From Eledone cirrhosa (lineage: Eukaryota): a stretch of DNA of 64,000 nt. The stretch covers positions 82,460,001-82,524,000 of the forward strand of contig OZ024745.1 of the NCBI GenBank assembly GCA_964016885.1, in the 5' to 3' direction. Positions within the stretch are counted from its first letter, which is position 1. Each line of letters opens with the position of its first letter. The notes below the pieces were generated by a model. That model had not been told where the DNA came from, searched no databases, and worked only from the letters and a program-made list of their open reading frames with translations. This document shows, piece by piece, positions 1-12,462 of the stretch. Both the position numbers and the translations under genes were made by a program.

Positions 1-1392
1 TTTCTTTAATCATAAGCATCACCATTCATAAACCTCATTAACTTTTAATTTCTTAAACATTTAAAAAAAATTATTTATTATGTTACAACGTTTTTTTTAA
101 ATTTTCTCTGTGAGACAGTGTTTCTCAGTATTAAAGGTTATCGCTCTCTCCCTCTCACTCATTTTCTCCTCCTCTCTCATCCTTCCTTCTTATACTCCTC
201 CTCCGTCATCCTTTCCTTATTATTATATTTTTTTCTTCTATCTATATTCTTTCTTCCTCTTCCTTACCTTTTCTTTCCCCCTTCCTTTCCTTTTTTCCAA
301 TCTCATATATACATCTTATTTTATTTTTCATATGTTGATTTAACATTTAGGAGAGATGGTCATCATTTTAGAAGGTTGCGTGTTTTACGATTTAGAGGGG
401 AGTTCGTTTCCCTAGCTTGGCTGCTAGACATCTCTTATATTTGCTGTTAGGTGTAGGTAAACAATTAAGCAAAAAGAACATACCTCGAGATTATATGTAC
501 ATGAGCATTTTAATCAGAGCAATAAACAAAACAGGTTATCATATCAGTTGCTCCTTGATTGGTAATTCGTAATTATCATTTCGTGGCGGTGTTCAAATAT
601 CCGGTGACCGCATGGTGTGATATCGCTGTTTCTCCATGCGTCAGCTCGCATCAACACACAAAGTTGAAAAGAGAGTGTATTCAGCTACTGACGTCAGAAC
701 GTGACGTCAGAACTAAGGGCAGTTAATCGACTGCCTCCAAAGTCAATGCTAGGTGGCGTGATCTTCTACATGGCCTCCCACCAGATTTTTAGAAGAGGAA
801 ATAAAAATCGGTTCATCGGACCATGTATGTAGAAAAACGATGAGCAACTAGCAAAAAGCCCAAACCAAGGAGCAATCAGCTCAACTGAGCATGAAGGGCA
901 CAACAAATTTCAAAAGAACATATGAAACAAGCATGCAAGAACGAGAAAGAAAAAAACTATAATAAAATCTAAATACAATTTTTAAAAGTTCAAATAGCTC
1001 AAATACAGGATTAAATACAGGATTAAATACAGGATTAAAGCGCCGCACAATAGCAGCTTAAAAATATACAGTACTACAGAGTGTTTTGGGCTAATGAACC
1101 CTCCAATGAACCAGATGATTGTTTATATATTGTCAAAGTTATTTCGTCACACATTCTGTGACCTCTTCAGTGACTGGGGATTATTTTCTTTGTTTTTGTG
1201 CCTCTCCTTTGTTCTGTCCTACGCCATCTTGTTTTTGTGTGTGTGTTGTGTGCTTAGTTTGTGCATGTGTTACATCCGGGTGTCTGTGTGTGTTTCACCC
1301 TAGCAAACTTGGTATATATATATATGCATATGTATATGTTTATATATGTTTCAACAGTTGAAAATTGCAAACTTGACTGTCACCACAGAATA

Positions 1393-1431
1393 TGAACCTG
1401 AAGATTGCGAAAGCATGAAAGTACTTGTTCA
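1393..1431 (+). ncRNA. Minimal type-I hammerhead ribozyme (intact core)
   Basis: TGAAC-CTGAAGA-t-TGC gaaa GCA-t-GAAA-GTAC-T-T-GTTCA: 5-bp stem I, GNRA-capped stem II, palindromic AGTACT stem III. Confidence 0.85.
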
Positions 1432-1599
1432 ATTAACACTTAACATTTAATATTCTACCATACTATTTCATTCTAATACCATTATACATTTTAAAGGATT
1501 GTAAATAAAACGAGTAAATTAGACAAAGTTGGAATTCCTTTATTTAATATAATCTTCTATACACAATCATACACACGCATGTATATTTCTCTCTCTCTC

Positions 1600-1637
<38 letters not shown>

Positions 1638-2153
1638 CACATTGCCAAGGGCCGGATACTGAACAGACTCTCTTAATACTGCTCGAATTGCATTCACAAA
1701 AACTTTGCAACTTTCAAATATCTTAAGCTAGTGTTGATGCCAGATGGCTAAAAAAACTTCCTATTTTAAAAAAGCCCACTCGACAAAATATCCCCTCCAC
1801 CTCCATCCCAACTTACCCCCGCACCCATCTCGACCTGCCTTACGCCACTATGGTTATGGAAGTACCTAATACCTATCTGCTTTTCCCACATGTTTAACGT
1901 ACTTCTTTGAATGCATGTATAAGTATGTGTATATATGTACGTGTGTATCGGTTTATGTATACGTATGTATATGATAATGTATGTGTATGTGTATGTTTTT
2001 GTATGTAGATATATATTTGTATGTGTATGTATGTATATGTGTATATATGTATATATATATATATATGTGCATATATATATATATATATGTATATGTATGT
2101 GTGCAATGTATGTATGTATGTGTATATATGTGTATGTATATATATATAAGTGC

Positions 2154-2193
<40 letters not shown>

Positions 2194-2382
2194 TGTATAT
2201 ATTTGTATATAGATATGTATATATATATGTATATATGTATATATATATTAGAAAGTGAGGTTTTTTTACAAAATGAAAAATAACCGAGGTGTCCTACACG
2301 AGTGAGAGTATAAGGAAGAAAGATAAAATCGAAAATGCCACTGGAGTCTTATTTAAAAATATATATATATATTTATTTGGTT

Positions 2383-2420
2383 CCTTTACAGGTTTCGCAG
2401 TTGTTCTGTTTTTCAAAAGT
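2383..2420 (-). ncRNA. Degenerate UUGAAAA-type hammerhead (copy of the 31145 family)
   Basis: Minus strand: actt TTGAAAA acag aacaa ctgc GAAA CCTG TA aagg; flanks (2248-2450) match 31120-31315. Confidence 0.6.
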
Positions 2421-2476
2421 AGAGTTGAGATGGAAGGTCTGTGGTTTTTCTCACACACACACACATATATACATAC

Positions 2477-2552
<76 letters not shown>

Positions 2553-2559
<7 letters not shown>

Positions 2560-2709
2560 GCAGAGTATAAAAGTTTTAATATAGATGAGATTCTACAGGA
2601 CTCGAACTGTTTTATTCATTAGAAATCATCAGATGATTTCTAATGAATGAAACAGTTCTAGTCCTGTAGAATCTCATCTATATTAACACTTTTATACTCT
2701 GCTATGTAT
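2553..2709. repeat. Fold-back palindrome of a PLE pseudo-LTR tail (family A), centred on the hammerhead CTGATGA
   Basis: Near-perfect inverted arms around tcatc-A-gatga at 2631; the same tail recurs at 2957-3066, 8368-8452, 31337-31430, 38865-38917 and 48375-48485. Confidence 0.85.
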
Positions 2710-2757
2710 TGAGTACCTTACTTACTGTGGTTACCTCCGATTCAACCCGGAATAACG

Positions 2758-2794
<37 letters not shown>

Positions 2795-3064
2795 CTATAT
2801 ATATATATGTTTAGCGAGGTTTTTTATATGAAATCGTGTGTCGAAACAGATATTGTTATACTTGGGGAGGGTCATATTTGCGTAATATTGCCAGAATTAA
2901 TAACAGAACACACTCATTGTTTGGTTGGTTTTCACTTCTCGCTGTCTTTTATATCTGAAACAGTTCTAGTCCTGTAGAATCTCATCTATATTAAAACTTT
3001 TATACTCTGCTATGTATTGAGTACCTTACTTACTGTGGTTACCTCCGATTCAACCCGGAATAAC

Positions 3065-3142
<78 letters not shown>

Positions 3143-3410
3143 GTATATATATATATGTTTAGCGAGGTTTTTTATATGAAATCGTGTGTCGAAACAGATA
3201 TTGTTATACTTGGGGAGGGTCATATTTGCGTAATATTGCCAGAATTAATAACAGAACACACTCACTGTTTGGTTGGTTTTCGCTTCTCGCTGTCTTTTAT
3301 ATCTGCGATCTAACTTACTCGGTCCTCAATGTTGCCATTGACTGACCGACGGTCAAAAATAATACAGATACAATATAGACACAAACACATATATATAGTT
3401 TACATAATTT

Positions 3411-3451
3411 ACATAAATCTTTCGTTGCACATCTGCAACATCGTCAGTGGT
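3411..3451 (-). ncRNA. Hammerhead in the inverted PLE-1 pseudo-LTR
   Basis: Reverse complement of the 7883-7923 motif. Confidence 0.72.
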
Positions 3452-3719
3452 GTTATATTTTTTTTTTCCTCCTGTTGTGTTGTATGTCTACGCCATTTTT
3501 TTTATTCAGTCTGTCTATATATTTATTTATTTATTTGTTGCTTGTTTATTTTATTTTGTCTTCTTTGCGCATGCGTTTGCGTGTGTGTATAGTGTTATGT
3601 GTGCTGTGTGACTAGTGTGTATAGTGTTGTGTCTGTTGGGTGACTAGTGTGTGTTTATGTGCTTGTTGTTATTGTGCTTGGTATGTATTTATTTATCTTA
3701 TTTTATTTTATTTACTTAT

Positions 3720-4622
3720 TTATACTTCTCTTAGGTCAGTGTTGTTTGTTTGGGTGTTGTTGTTGTTCCACTCATTCTTTCTGTTTAGCTTTGGTCTTCT
3801 AATTTCTATTTCACTGGCCTCTCTGATTTGCCTATCTGCTGGGTCATTCCTATGTTTAGATATTATTCTAATTTCTATGTTGTCTATGTTACCGTCGTGT
3901 TGTTGTCTAGCATGTTCGTATAGTACTGACCCGTTTTTTCGTCCTTTTAGTTCCCCCCAGTGTTGGTCTATCCTTTCACCTATGCTACGAGCTGTCTCAC
4001 CTATGTATGTTGTTGTCATGTTTCTACAAGTACCCTCTGTACATCTTATGCTATAGACTACGTTTCTAGTTTTACAGTTTATCCGGGGGTTCACCTTACA
4101 TATGATACATTTCCTATTGGTACAGTGGGTTTTCTTAAAAGGGTAGGTTTTGCTGATCAGGGATTTTATGGTGGTTCCTGGTTTTTCTACCACCTTTATT
4201 TTTAAGTGGGTCTTTCTCAGGGCCTTTCTACACTGGTTAGCTAATTTCCCTCCAGGGGTGGCGTCCACAAACATGACACTCTGATATCTCTGGTTGTCGT
4301 ACCATGATGTGGCCTTCCCTATCTTATGTCTAGCCCTATCTAAGCTATTCCATGATTTGCTCCTGTATAGTGGGCAAATTCCTTTCATGTCCAGTTCTAT
4401 GAGGGTCTTATACTTTTCCATGGCTCCTTCGTATACTCTGACTCTGTCTCTTTGGTTGTAGCCAGAGAACTGCATGCGGTTGATGAAGTGTTGGATGTGT
4501 CCTTCCATTTTTGTTGGGTCGCACATGCTGGACACATTCTTCATCACTCGTACCAAATCTGCGATCAGAATATTAAACTTAGCACTACTGGACATTGCTG
4601 AGTTTTTGAACAAGAACAACAA
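3720..4622 (-). CDS. Inverted copy of PLE-1 RT thumb + Zn-linker + GIY-YIG endonuclease (open frame, 300 aa)
   Basis: CTNRKCIIC..CKTRNVVYSIRC..YIGETARSIGERIDQH..RQIREASEI..PKLNRKNEW; lacks the frameshift present in the 3' copy. Confidence 0.85.
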   Translation of the reverse strand: MLFLFKNSAMSSSAKFNILIADLVRVMKNVSSMCDPTKMEGHIQHFINRMQFSGYNQRDRVRVYEGAMEKYKTLIELDMKGICPLYRSKSWNSLDRARHKIGKATSWYDNQRYQSVMFVDATPGGKLANQCRKALRKTHLKIKVVEKPGTTIKSLISKTYPFKKTHCTNRKCIICKVNPRINCKTRNVVYSIRCTEGTCRNMTTTYIGETARSIGERIDQHWGELKGRKNGSVLYEHARQQHDGNIDNIEIRIISKHRNDPADRQIREASEIEIRRPKLNRKNEWNNNNTQTNNTDLREV

Positions 4623-7612
4623 ATCCTACGGTTACCACCAAAATTTGCCATCTACAAAAAGATTAACCCTATGGAATGCAAAACGGAGCTGGAAAAGTGT
4701 TTCACAAAAATACGTTGGAATGCAAAGGTAAACAACAACAACAATAATAACGGTAGTAGTAATATAAACAATAACTCTGGGTATAGAAATAACAGCCATA
4801 ACCATAACAATGGCAGGAAAGTGAGAAATAGTGATAATGGCAATAATAATAGCGATAGACGGAACAACAACAACCACAATAATAATAATAATAGAAACGT
4901 TAACCACAGACACAGCAGCAGAAACCACAGTGGTAATAACGGTAACAATACGAACAACAACAACAATAACCACAGTGGTAATAATGGAAATAGTACATGT
5001 AGCAACATCAACAAAAACAAGAAACATAATAATAGTAACAACCACAATGGTAGAAATAACAGTAACAACAACAACAATAACGGTGAAGTAAACAACAATA
5101 CATCTAGCAATCATAACAATAATAATAATGCTAATGATAGAAACAACAACAACCACCATGATAACAATAATAGCAACACACACAACTATGACGATAGATA
5201 TAATGACAACCCCTTAGAGAAACTATTTTTCAACCCAGCTGACAAAACATATAAGATGGGTAATATCTATCCTACGATGTTACCCTTTAATAAAAGAGTT
5301 TGCATACCACAGCAAATAGATGACGAGACGGAGGCACAGTTCACTAGAAATAAGATTAGACAAGTAGTAGACAGGTATACTATGAGACAGAGCAGACCAG
5401 AGGCCCAACAACTTGGGAGAAAACCTGTAGAAGGCTTGGTTAGCCTCAAGCAGCGCACAAGGATGGTGAGGTAGTGTGTCTACCCACAGATAAGTCTGGT
5501 AGGATGTCAATAGATAGCATGCCGAACTACATCGAGGCTATGCAACCGCACATCACCAACACGAGCGAAGTTGCACAACAAACACACGATGGGAGAAAAA
5601 AAATCCTCAACGCTCACATGATGATGTGGACTGACATCCTAAAGCCAAGCAGACGCACTGCCAACAACTTCCAGGCGTCTAACAATGGCATACCACCCTT
5701 GTATGGGCTCCGCAAAGACCACAAGACAGTCGACGACCCGACAACAGGACCACCAACAAGACCCGTATGCGGAGCTAATATAGCTAGCAACTACAGGATC
5801 TCCTACTTCCTCTCAATGGTTATACGCCCCATAATCAAGATGTCCCCAGATGTATGTGAAAGTACAGAGGACCTCCTCAGCAGAATCAGTGAGAGCAACA
5901 AAAACAGGAGCCTATCCAACTGCATAATAGGCAGCATGGATGTGGTGTCACTGTACCCATCCATTAACATTGATTTTGCTGTGAAAAGATGTGTGGAGAT
6001 GATCATTGAGAGTGAGGTCGAGTTCTGCGACGTCGACACAGACGAACTGGGCCTCCTACTTAGACTTACCTACGACACTGACTACCTAGACAGCCATGAC
6101 CTTAGATGTTTCTGCCCTAGTAGACCTATAAGAGGTAGACCCCCCCCCCCCCACCATAACCTCAATGGCAAAAAGACTCCCATAGGAAGGTGGATTGGGT
6201 GGACCAAAGCTATACGGACCCCACAAAACACTGATCAGGTAAGAAAAATGGTCGCACATGCAATAGGGGCTAATATCAAAACTACCCTAAAGGGCCACAT
6301 ATTTAAGTTCAATGAGAAAATCTACACCCAAAATGAGGGAGCAGCCATCGGCGTCAGCATAGCTGGTGATGTTGCCAACCTTTTCATGGTATGGTGGGAA
6401 AGGAGTCTTAAAGATCTCCTTAATGAAAGCTCCATAGACCTCATCATGTACTCTCGTTATGTAGACGATATCAATATAGTTATAAGAACACCCCCACTAG
6501 AGAGCACTAACAAGTTTGATTTAGAACGTAGCACGATGGAAAGCATCCAGCAGATAGCTAATTCCATACACCAGAGTATAACTGTAACTATCGACTTCCC
6601 TTCCAAACACACTAACAATAGACTACCTGTATTAGACACAGAACTCTGGATTAACACTATAGACGAGAGAGCCCAAATTCTCCACTCACTATGCTAAACC
6701 CATGGCCTCCAAATACCTGATACTCAAAAACTCAGCAATGTCCAGTAGTGCTAAGTTTAATATTCTGATCGCAGATTTGGTACGAGTGATGAAGAATGTG
6801 TCCAGCATGTGCGACCCAACAGAAATAGAAAGACACATCCAACACTTCATCAACCGCATGCAGTTCTCTGGCTACAACCAAAGAGACAGAGTCAGAGTAT
6901 ATGAAGGAGCCATGGAAAAGTATAAGACCCTCATAGAACTGGACATGAAAGGAATTTGCCCACTATACAGGAGCAAATCATGGAATAGCTTAGATAGGGC
7001 TAGACATAAGATAGGGAAGGCCACATCATGGTACGACAACCAGAGATATCAGAGTGTCATGTTTGTGGACGCCACCCCTGGAGGGAAATTAGCTAACCAG
7101 TGTAGAAAGGCCCTGAGAAAGACCCACTTAAAAATAAAGGTGGTAGAAAAACCAGGAACCACCATAAAATCCCTGATCAGCAAAACCTACCCTTTTAAGA
7201 AAACCCACTGTACCAATAGGAAATGTATCATATGTAAGGTGAACCCCCGGATAAACTGTAAAACTAGAAACGTAGTCTATAGCATAAGATGTACAGAGGG
7301 TACTTGCAGAAACATGACAACAACAACATAGGTGAGACAGCTCGTAGCATAGGTGAAAGGATAGACCAACACTGGGGGGAACTAAAAGGACGAAAAAACG
7401 GATCAGTACTATACGAACATGCTAGACAACAACATGATGGTAACATAGACAACATAGAAATTAGAATAATATCTAAACATAGGAATGACCCAGCAGATAG
7501 GCAAATCAGAGAGGCCAGTGAAATAGAAATTAGAAGACCAAAGCTAAACAGAAAGAATGAGTGGAACAACAACAACACCCAAACAAACAACACTGACCTA
7601 AGAGAAGTATAA
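4610..7612 (+). pseudogene. PLE-1 RT/GIY-YIG polyprotein, 5'-truncated and frameshifted
   Basis: Consecutive ORFs 4671-5474, 5474-6697, 6702-7331 and 7289-7612 join into one PLE protein. Confidence 0.9.
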
Positions 7613-7882
7613 ATAAGTAAATAAAATAAAATAAGATAAATAAATACATACACAAGCACAATAACAACAAGCACATAAACACACACTAGTCACCCAACAG
7701 ACACAACACTATACACACTAGTCACACAGCACACATAACACTATACACACACGCAAACGCATGCGCAAAGAAGACAAAATAAAATAAACAAACAAGCAAA
7801 TAAATAAATAAATATATAGACAGACTGAATAAAAAAAATGGCGTAGACATACAACACAACAGGAGGAAAAAAAAAATATAAC

Positions 7883-7923
7883 ACCACTGACGATGTTGCA
7901 GATGTGCAACGAAAGATTTATGT
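7883..7923 (+). ncRNA. Hammerhead in the PLE-1 3' region
   Basis: acca CTGACGA t GTTGCA gatg TGCAAC GAAA GATT T A tg: 6-bp stem II, short stem I. Confidence 0.72.
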
Positions 7924-8309
7924 AAATTATGTAAACTATATATATGTGTTTGTGTCTATATTGTATCTGTATTATTTTTGACCGTCGGTCAATCAATGGC
8001 AACATTGAGGACCGAGTAAGTTAGATCGCAGATATAAAAGACAGCGAGAAGCGAAAACCAACCAAACAGTGAGTGTGTTCTGTTATTAATTCTGGCAATA
8101 TTACGCAAATATGACCCTCCCCAAGTATAACAATATATATATATATATATATATATGAGTGTATATATATGAGTGTATATATATATATGTGTGTCTGTGT
8201 GTGTATATCCATATATGGGTATAAGACTGGTTTTTTGCGAATGTGTGGGAGAAAAAGTTTTTCTATGTATATATATGCCTGATGGCTGGAACAGGTAACA
8301 GAGTAATAG

Positions 8310-8362
<53 letters not shown>

Positions 8363-9170
8363 GTGGCTCTTCTATATTAAAACTTTTATACTCTGCTATG
8401 TATTGAGTACCTTTCTTACTGTGGTTACCTCCGATTAAACCCGGAAAAACTTATATATATATATGTTTATGTATGTATCTCTCTCTCTCTCTTTCTATAT
8501 ATATATATATATGTATATATGTGTGTGTGTATATATATAAATATGTGTATACATGTATATTTATATATATATATATATATGTCTATATATGCATATGTAT
8601 GTGTGTGTATGTATATATATGTGTGTATGTATATATATAAATGTATATATATATATGTGTGTGTATATATGCATATATATGTATATATATATATATATTT
8701 GTCTGACCCGAATTTTTTTGGTCGTTTTTTTCGGCTGTGCGAGTGATTTTAAGCATTGTCTATGTGTGTTGGTGTTTAAACGATAGTTATAGCTCTCGTT
8801 TATCCAAACTATTGAGCCCTTTGCCACGCATTTCGAAGATTGTGTTTCGTTATTTCGTGGGCCAAAATTCCGATTCTCGATAATTTATTTATATATATAT
8901 ATATATATATAGTTAAAAGAATAGAGGTGTAACACACAAGTTATTATATATTGGTAAACGGAATAGAAAATGCTGACAAACTGTTCACAGTTGAAAAATG
9001 GTTTAATTAGGAATAAAAGAGTATTAGTAATTGTATGGATTAGTATTCAGTTGTTGTTTTAAGTTTTTAAGTTATTACCGGTTGCGCATTTCTAAATGCT
9101 TTTCAAAAATAATTTTGAGATAGAGTGTCCGTAAGGTGTGCTCTGATCTGATTAGTTTTGGGAATTCTAC

Positions 9171-9420
9171 CTGTTTTTATGTTAACAAAGTGGCTCCAGC
9201 GCTACTTTGGTGTTGCAAAAATGCTTGTGGTCAAAACAATTTTGATTGGTCGGTAGAGGTCATGTGAATGTAAAAAATTGATTTTGCGCCAAGACTGTTT
9301 TTATGTTAAAAAAGTGGCTCCAGCGCTACTTGGTGTTTGCAAAAATTCCTGTGGTCAAAACAATTTTGATTGGTCGGTAGAGGTCATGTGAATAAAAAAT
9401 TGATTTTGCGCCAAGACTGA
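9171..9420. repeat. ~125-bp tandem duplication in the PLE-2 3' UTR
   Basis: ctgtttttatgtta...gcgccaagactg occurs twice. Confidence 0.85.
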
Positions 9421-9556
9421 GAAATGACTCTTTCACAACAAATTTGTGTGTGTGTGTGTGTGTGTGTAGTAGTAAGGTGTTCGATGTTGTGATAATGGTT
9501 AGCAGGGATGTGTGTCAAATGGTTATTAAGATAAGTGTGTGTGTGTGTGTATGTGT

Positions 9557-9631
<75 letters not shown>

Positions 9632-9968
9632 GCAGAGTAATTCGTGGTAGCAGGGATGGTCAGTAGAAATGTGTCTGTAAGCAGTGGGGGGGGTATTTTA
9701 GCATGTCAAAAGATATTTTTCAGCTTTTGTCTTATACGGAGAAGTGTGTGTGTGTGTGAGTGTGTGTGTGTGTGTGTGTGTATAAGTCTCTTTGTATGTT
9801 AATGTACGCGTGTGTATGTGTGTGTGTGTATGTGTGTGTGTGTGTGTGTGGGTGGACGAGTATTTTTTCCCCCTGGTAAAATGGTGTACATTATTCGATC
9901 TTTTCAGTAAAATCGGTTCTCTTAATAGAACATCAAAAATCTTAACAATAAAAGGTGTGAAATGATAT

Positions 9969-10032
<64 letters not shown>

Positions 10033-10213
10033 TATACATATATTCACTACATACATATACATACATATACATACATATATATACATACACATATATTTTT
10101 TTGTGTTGCACCATAGAGTTTGTGTGTTTACGTATGTCATTGTGTTTATATGTGGGTAGAGAAGTGTGCTGATGTAGGTATGTATGTTGACGTGTGTATG
10201 TTGTGGGTTCGTC

Positions 10214-12016
10214 TTAGGGAGAAGTGTTTAGACGGGGTCCGTATTTGTTAATGAAGTAAGATTCCTTGCTGATGCGCTGGGTGTGGGTGGCATTATCTTT
10301 AAATTTGTAGAGGGGAAAGATTTTGAAGTTGGGATGATTTTGGGCGGCACAGGTATCAATGTGTTCACTCAATGGTATTTTCCTGTATTCCCGTATTTTA
10401 ATTTGGGATCTATGGACAGTCATGCGTTGGCGGAGGCTGTTTTTGGTCTGGCCTATGTATTGTTCTCGACAACCTGAGCAAGTTAATACATATATTAGAT
10501 TTTCCGATGCACATGTGAAATTGTGTTTTACTATAAAACGTTGTCCTTCTTTGAAATAGAATTCCGAACCCTCTATTAGGTTGATGCAAATGCCACAGTT
10601 GGGTTTATCGCATTTTTTTACTGTGGGTTTCGTTGTTGTGGTTGGCAGTACTTTGGCATGTGTTAGGATGTTTTTCATTGACTTGGATTGTCTTTTGCTC
10701 TTTATGATATCGTGTGTTCGTAGGATTTGATTCATTCTATGGTCATTTTTCAACACAGGGATGTTCTGGAGGATGGTGTCAAAGGCCTCATTGTTGAGGG
10801 GGTTGTGTGTGGAGATGTATGGAAGAGCTTTTAGTTTCGGTTGATTTACTTTAGGGTGTCTAAGGTCCTGGGTACTGAGTTTTAGGGCACGTTGGATTCC
10901 ATTGTCAATTAGGGATGCAGGGTAGTCCCTGCCTATGAGTGTGTCCTTTAGTTCTTGTAGCCGTAAGTAGCAGGTGTTTTTATTGGAGACTATAGTACAG
11001 ATTCTCTTGGCTAAGTTGTAGGGAATATTAATTTTAACGTGTCTAGGGTGGCAAGAGTTGAAAGGGAGATATTGCTTGGAGTCTGTGGGCTTGTAGTATA
11101 TGTCTGTTTCTATTTTTTTGTTATGGATCTTAATGAGGATGTCGAGGAAGGGGAGTTGTTGATGGCTGTATTCCATCGTGAAGTTAATATTCGTGTTGAG
11201 CCCATTTATAAGGGTGTGAAATTCTTTAAGTTTTTCGATGTTTTCGTGCCAAAGGATGAAGCAGTCATCTAGATATCGCTTCCAGTTCCTTTCAATGTGT
11301 AAGCGGAGGGTGTTTCCAAATTTGTTTAGGACTTTAGTGTAGAGGGTGATTTCCAGGTATCCCATGACTAGGTTGGCATAAGTGGGGGCTGTTTTCGTTC
11401 CCATAGCGGTCCCAGATTTCTGCCTGTAGGGTTTGTTATTGAAAACGAAGTAATTGTTCTCCAAGATAAATTTGAGTCCCTCTATCACGAATTCTTTTTT
11501 GATGCGTTGTGGGAGTTCATTGTGGAAATTATCCAGCCAGAATTGGATAGCTTCTATTCCTAGGTTGTGGGGGATGTTGGTGTATATGTTGACTACATCG
11601 AACGTCACTAGTAGGGTTTGTTCAGAAAGTGGCATATTAGGGAGGTGATTGAGCATATCTAGGTCGTCCCTTATATAGCTTTTGATGTGTTTGAGAAAGG
11701 GTTTGAGAAGGGTATCAATGAAGTTGCTAAGGAGGTGGGTTTCGCAAGCGGGGCCTGCTATTATAGGTCTTAAATTGAGATCATTGGGTGAGAGGGCATT
11801 GATGACTATGTCTGTGGCTTCCTTGCATGCCTTACTTATTAATTCGCTTTTATGCACTTTAGGGATACCGTAGAAAAGGCTGGATTTACTTGTGAAGTCT
11901 GTGATGAAGCTGAATTGCTTGTTAGTGAGTCCTTCTTTGTAACCACAAGAATTTTTGCAACACCAAAGTAGCGCTGGAGCCACTTTGTTAACATAAAGAC
12001 ATCTAGAATTCCCCAA
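10214..12016 (-). CDS. PLE-2 reverse transcriptase + GIY-YIG endonuclease (open, 5'-truncated; first ~25 codons come from the inverted pLTR)
   Basis: FYGIPKVHK, LRPIIAG, TFDVVNIYTNIP, GTAMGT, RYLDD, LPFLD, YYKPT, CDKPNCGIC, NLIYVLTC..YIGQT..RMTVH. Confidence 0.93.
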   Translation of the reverse strand: MGNSRCLYVNKVAPALLWCCKNSCGYKEGLTNKQFSFITDFTSKSSLFYGIPKVHKSELISKACKEATDIVINALSPNDLNLRPIIAGPACETHLLSNFIDTLLKPFLKHIKSYIRDDLDMLNHLPNMPLSEQTLLVTFDVVNIYTNIPHNLGIEAIQFWLDNFHNELPQRIKKEFVIEGLKFILENNYFVFNNKPYRQKSGTAMGTKTAPTYANLVMGYLEITLYTKVLNKFGNTLRLHIERNWKRYLDDCFILWHENIEKLKEFHTLINGLNTNINFTMEYSHQQLPFLDILIKIHNKKIETDIYYKPTDSKQYLPFNSCHPRHVKINIPYNLAKRICTIVSNKNTCYLRLQELKDTLIGRDYPASLIDNGIQRALKLSTQDLRHPKVNQPKLKALPYISTHNPLNNEAFDTILQNIPVLKNDHRMNQILRTHDIIKSKRQSKSMKNILTHAKVLPTTTTKPTVKKCDKPNCGICINLIEGSEFYFKEGQRFIVKHNFTCASENLIYVLTCSGCREQYIGQTKNSLRQRMTVHRSQIKIREYRKIPLSEHIDTCAAQNHPNFKIFPLYKFKDNATHTQRISKESYFINKYGPRLNTSP

Positions 12017-12063
12017 ACTAATCAGATCAGAGCAAACATCACGGAAACTCTATCTCAAAATTA

Positions 12064-12101
12064 TTTTTGAAAAGCATGTAGAAATGCGCAACCGGTAAAA
12101 A
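12064..12101 (+). ncRNA. Hammerhead-like motif of PLE-2 (UUGAAAA core, GCAA instead of GAAA)
   Basis: ttt TTGAAAA GCAT gtagaa ATGC GCAA CCGG T A aaa; same motif at ~9073-9110(-), ~17557-17593(-) and ~17675-17711(+). Confidence 0.6.
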
Positions 12102-12218
12102 CTTAAAAACTTAAAACCACAACTGAATACTAACCCATACAATTACTAATACTCTTTTATTCATAATTAAACCATTTTTCAACTGTGAACAATTTGTCAG
12201 CATTTTCTATTCCGTTTA

Positions 12219-12277
<59 letters not shown>

Positions 12278-12367
12278 AAAGAATTGTGGTAAGGAACCAG
12301 ATGGACCATAACGCACCAGAGTACTCAATACTTAGGGTAGTAGCGCGGGAAATAGGAAAAAGTATGA

Positions 12368-12462
12368 CCCCGACGGCAGAGCTCATGCCGTTTCGACGGC
12401 TATTTCTGGACTATATTAGAATGTTTAGCCTGGTGAATAAATAGCCGAACTTTTCAAGGGGG
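12368..12462 (-). ncRNA. Hammerhead, UUGAAAA core, long stems II and III
   Basis: cccc TTGAAAA g..CGGCTATTT...AAATAGCCG.c GAAA CGGCA tgagctc TGCCG TC gggg. Confidence 0.8.

Larger units (their letters stand above)
3198..8136 (+). mobile_element. Penelope-like retroelement PLE-1 with ~1.4-kb inverted terminal duplication
   Basis: 3198-4609 is the reverse complement of 6724-8136. The sense ORF has LRLPPKF, DKSG, LYGLRKDHK, RPV, SMDVVSLYPSI, GAAIG, RYVDD, LPVLD and GIY-YIG motifs; the element ends in (TA)n. Confidence 0.93.
8910..12226 (-). mobile_element. Penelope-like retroelement PLE-2 (Neptune-like) with inverted pseudo-LTR
   Basis: 600-aa RT+GIY-YIG ORF; 8946-9231 is an inverted repeat of 11940-12226; both ends abut (TA)n. 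Confidence 0.92.

Noticed and set aside
685-712. Two TGACGTCA (CRE) sites in tandem
   Set aside because: Explained by a 14-bp local duplication in repeat DNA; no gene context.
4632-5183. Hydrophobic membrane-like ORFs on the minus strand
   Set aside because: Antisense reading of the AAC/AAT-rich PLE segment.
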